From NCBI GenBank assembly GCA_950097015.1, contig CATNEN010000010.1, positions 3,224,001 through 3,288,000 on the forward strand: a DNA stretch of 64,000 nucleotides. The letters are read 5' to 3'. This stretch comes from Macrostomum hystrix. Lineage: Eukaryota > Animalia > Platyhelminthes. Shown one piece after another: positions 62,784 to 64,000 of the stretch (position 1 is its first letter; each line of letters starts with the position of its first letter). The notes under the pieces were generated by a model, which was not told where the DNA came from, searched no databases, and saw only the letters and a program-made list of their open reading frames with translations. A program made the translations under genes and the position numbers.

Positions 62784-63330
62784 GCACTCTGCGCCCTGAG
62801 GGCAGACAATATCATTGGCTCTAGCTCTGCCTGCGCGCTGATAAGCGATCCTCCTCTAAACCCGGTCCTACCGTGAGCTCAAGAGCTCAAGAGCAATCTC
62901 AGGGCTTGCCAGACTCTCTTCTTCATTTTTTTTATCTTTTTAGTCTGCTTAATCGCTGCAACTGTTTCATAACTCCGACAAATATGCAAATTCAAACAAA
63001 TTGGGTTGGTAACGAACAAAAAGTGTCAAATTTACCGCTACCAATCAATTGCCATGATTAGTGTATTTAAATATGCCCAATAGTAAACAATGTGTAAAAC
63101 TCCATAAGTACTATGCGCCACTGACAGCTTTTGTTGCTAAAATTTATTGCACATTATAGTACATAATCTATGATAATGTCTAACAGGTTAAATTTATCCA
63201 AAAATTAATTGAGGCGTAAACAAACTACTGAAACTGCTAATAAAATAAGAAGTGTAGTTCATATGAGACAAGTGATCTTCGATCTATCCAAGATAACTAG
63301 AAAAATTCATGCAGTGTGCGTCTAGTACAG

Positions 63331-64000
63331 CTACAACCAGTAGCCGATTTTATTCCAGCGACCACGGCCCTTGCTCCTCCGACCTGCGCGACCTTTGATG
63401 TTCCAGTAGCCCCCGCCATTAATGGCGGTGTTTCTACCGTTGTTCCAGGTGTTTCCGCCGTTGTTCCAGGAGTTCACGTCATTATTCCAGGTGTTTCCTC
63501 CGTTGTTCCAAGAGCCCGCGGCAGTATTCCAGGTGTTTCCTCCGTTGTTCCAAGAGCCCGCGGCAGTATTCCAGGTGTTTCCTCCGTTGTTCCAAGAGCC
63601 CGCGGCTGTATTCCAGGTGTTTCCTCCGTTGTTCCAAGAGTTCACGTCATTATTCCAGGTGTTTCCTCCGTTGTTCCAAGAACCCGCGGCAGTATTCCAG
63701 GTGTTTCCTCCGTTGTTCCAAGAGCCCGCGGCAGTATTCCAGGTGTTTCCTCCGTTGTTCCAAGAGTTCACGTCATTATTCCAGGTGTTTCCTCCGTTGT
63801 TCCAAGAACCCGCGGCAGTATTCCAGGTGTTTCCTCCGTTGTTCAGGGCATTGCCAGTATTTCTCCAGACCATTTTTCCATTTGTCCTGGTCCAGCTATT
63901 GTCCAAATCAGAATTTGAGGCCATGCTGCTTCTCCGGTAATCGTTTCTCAACGGAGTTGAATCAACAGCGACCAGGATCAGCGCCAGTGCTGCCACTTGA
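63331..64000 (-). CDS. Secreted-type protein (5' end outside the window) with about 20 WNNGGNT / WNTAAGS / WNNDVNS heptads and a basic tail
   Basis: The frame is open to the window edge, with a hydrophobic stretch [15 protein letters not shown]. The 21-bp units alternate in a 42-bp higher order. It ends [21 protein letters not shown]. Confidence 0.8.
   Translation of the reverse strand, partial: QVAALALILVAVDSTPLRNDYRRSSMASNSDLDNSWTRTNGKMVWRNTGNALNNGGNTWNTAAGSWNNGGNTWNNDVNSWNNGGNTWNTAAGSWNNGGNTWNTAAGSWNNGGNTWNNDVNSWNNGGNTWNTAAGSWNNGGNTWNTAAGSWNNGGNTWNTAAGSWNNGGNTWNNDVNSWNNGGNTWNNGRNTAINGGGYWNIKGRAGRRSKGRGRWNKIGYWL

Overview
Eukaryotic, intron-containing animal DNA. GC-rich exons, AT-rich introns and abundant G-tract minisatellites suggest a Macrostomum-like flatworm (inference only). 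No rRNA, true tRNA or CRISPR array was found. (1) 1-12.2 kb: a duplicated, modular cluster of small orphan genes. It includes a spliced 85-aa helical protein in two paralogs, a 497-aa double zinc-finger/low-complexity ORF, two long hairpins each coupled to a shared ~40-nt motif, and palindromic repeats. The second copy is interrupted by a P/THAP element (32-bp TIRs, 8-bp TSD) whose empty site is visible in the first copy. (2) 12.2-26 kb: a transposon-rich tract with Helitron-like termini, a divergent OB-fold / RGG-zinc-knuckle gene pair, minisatellites, a Ty3/gypsy 3' fragment with its LTR, and a decayed Tc1 element. (3) 28-59.4 kb: conserved host genes scratch, DYRK1, GGA and PISD, with large minisatellites in introns and a 5.7-kb 15-bp array. 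(4) 60.5-64 kb: two convergent genes for secreted-type proteins built from Trp-Asn-x5 heptads, separated by an inverted pair of tRNA-derived SINEs. Splice models were read by hand. Repeat boundaries are approximate. Family assignments come from motif recognition, not database searches.
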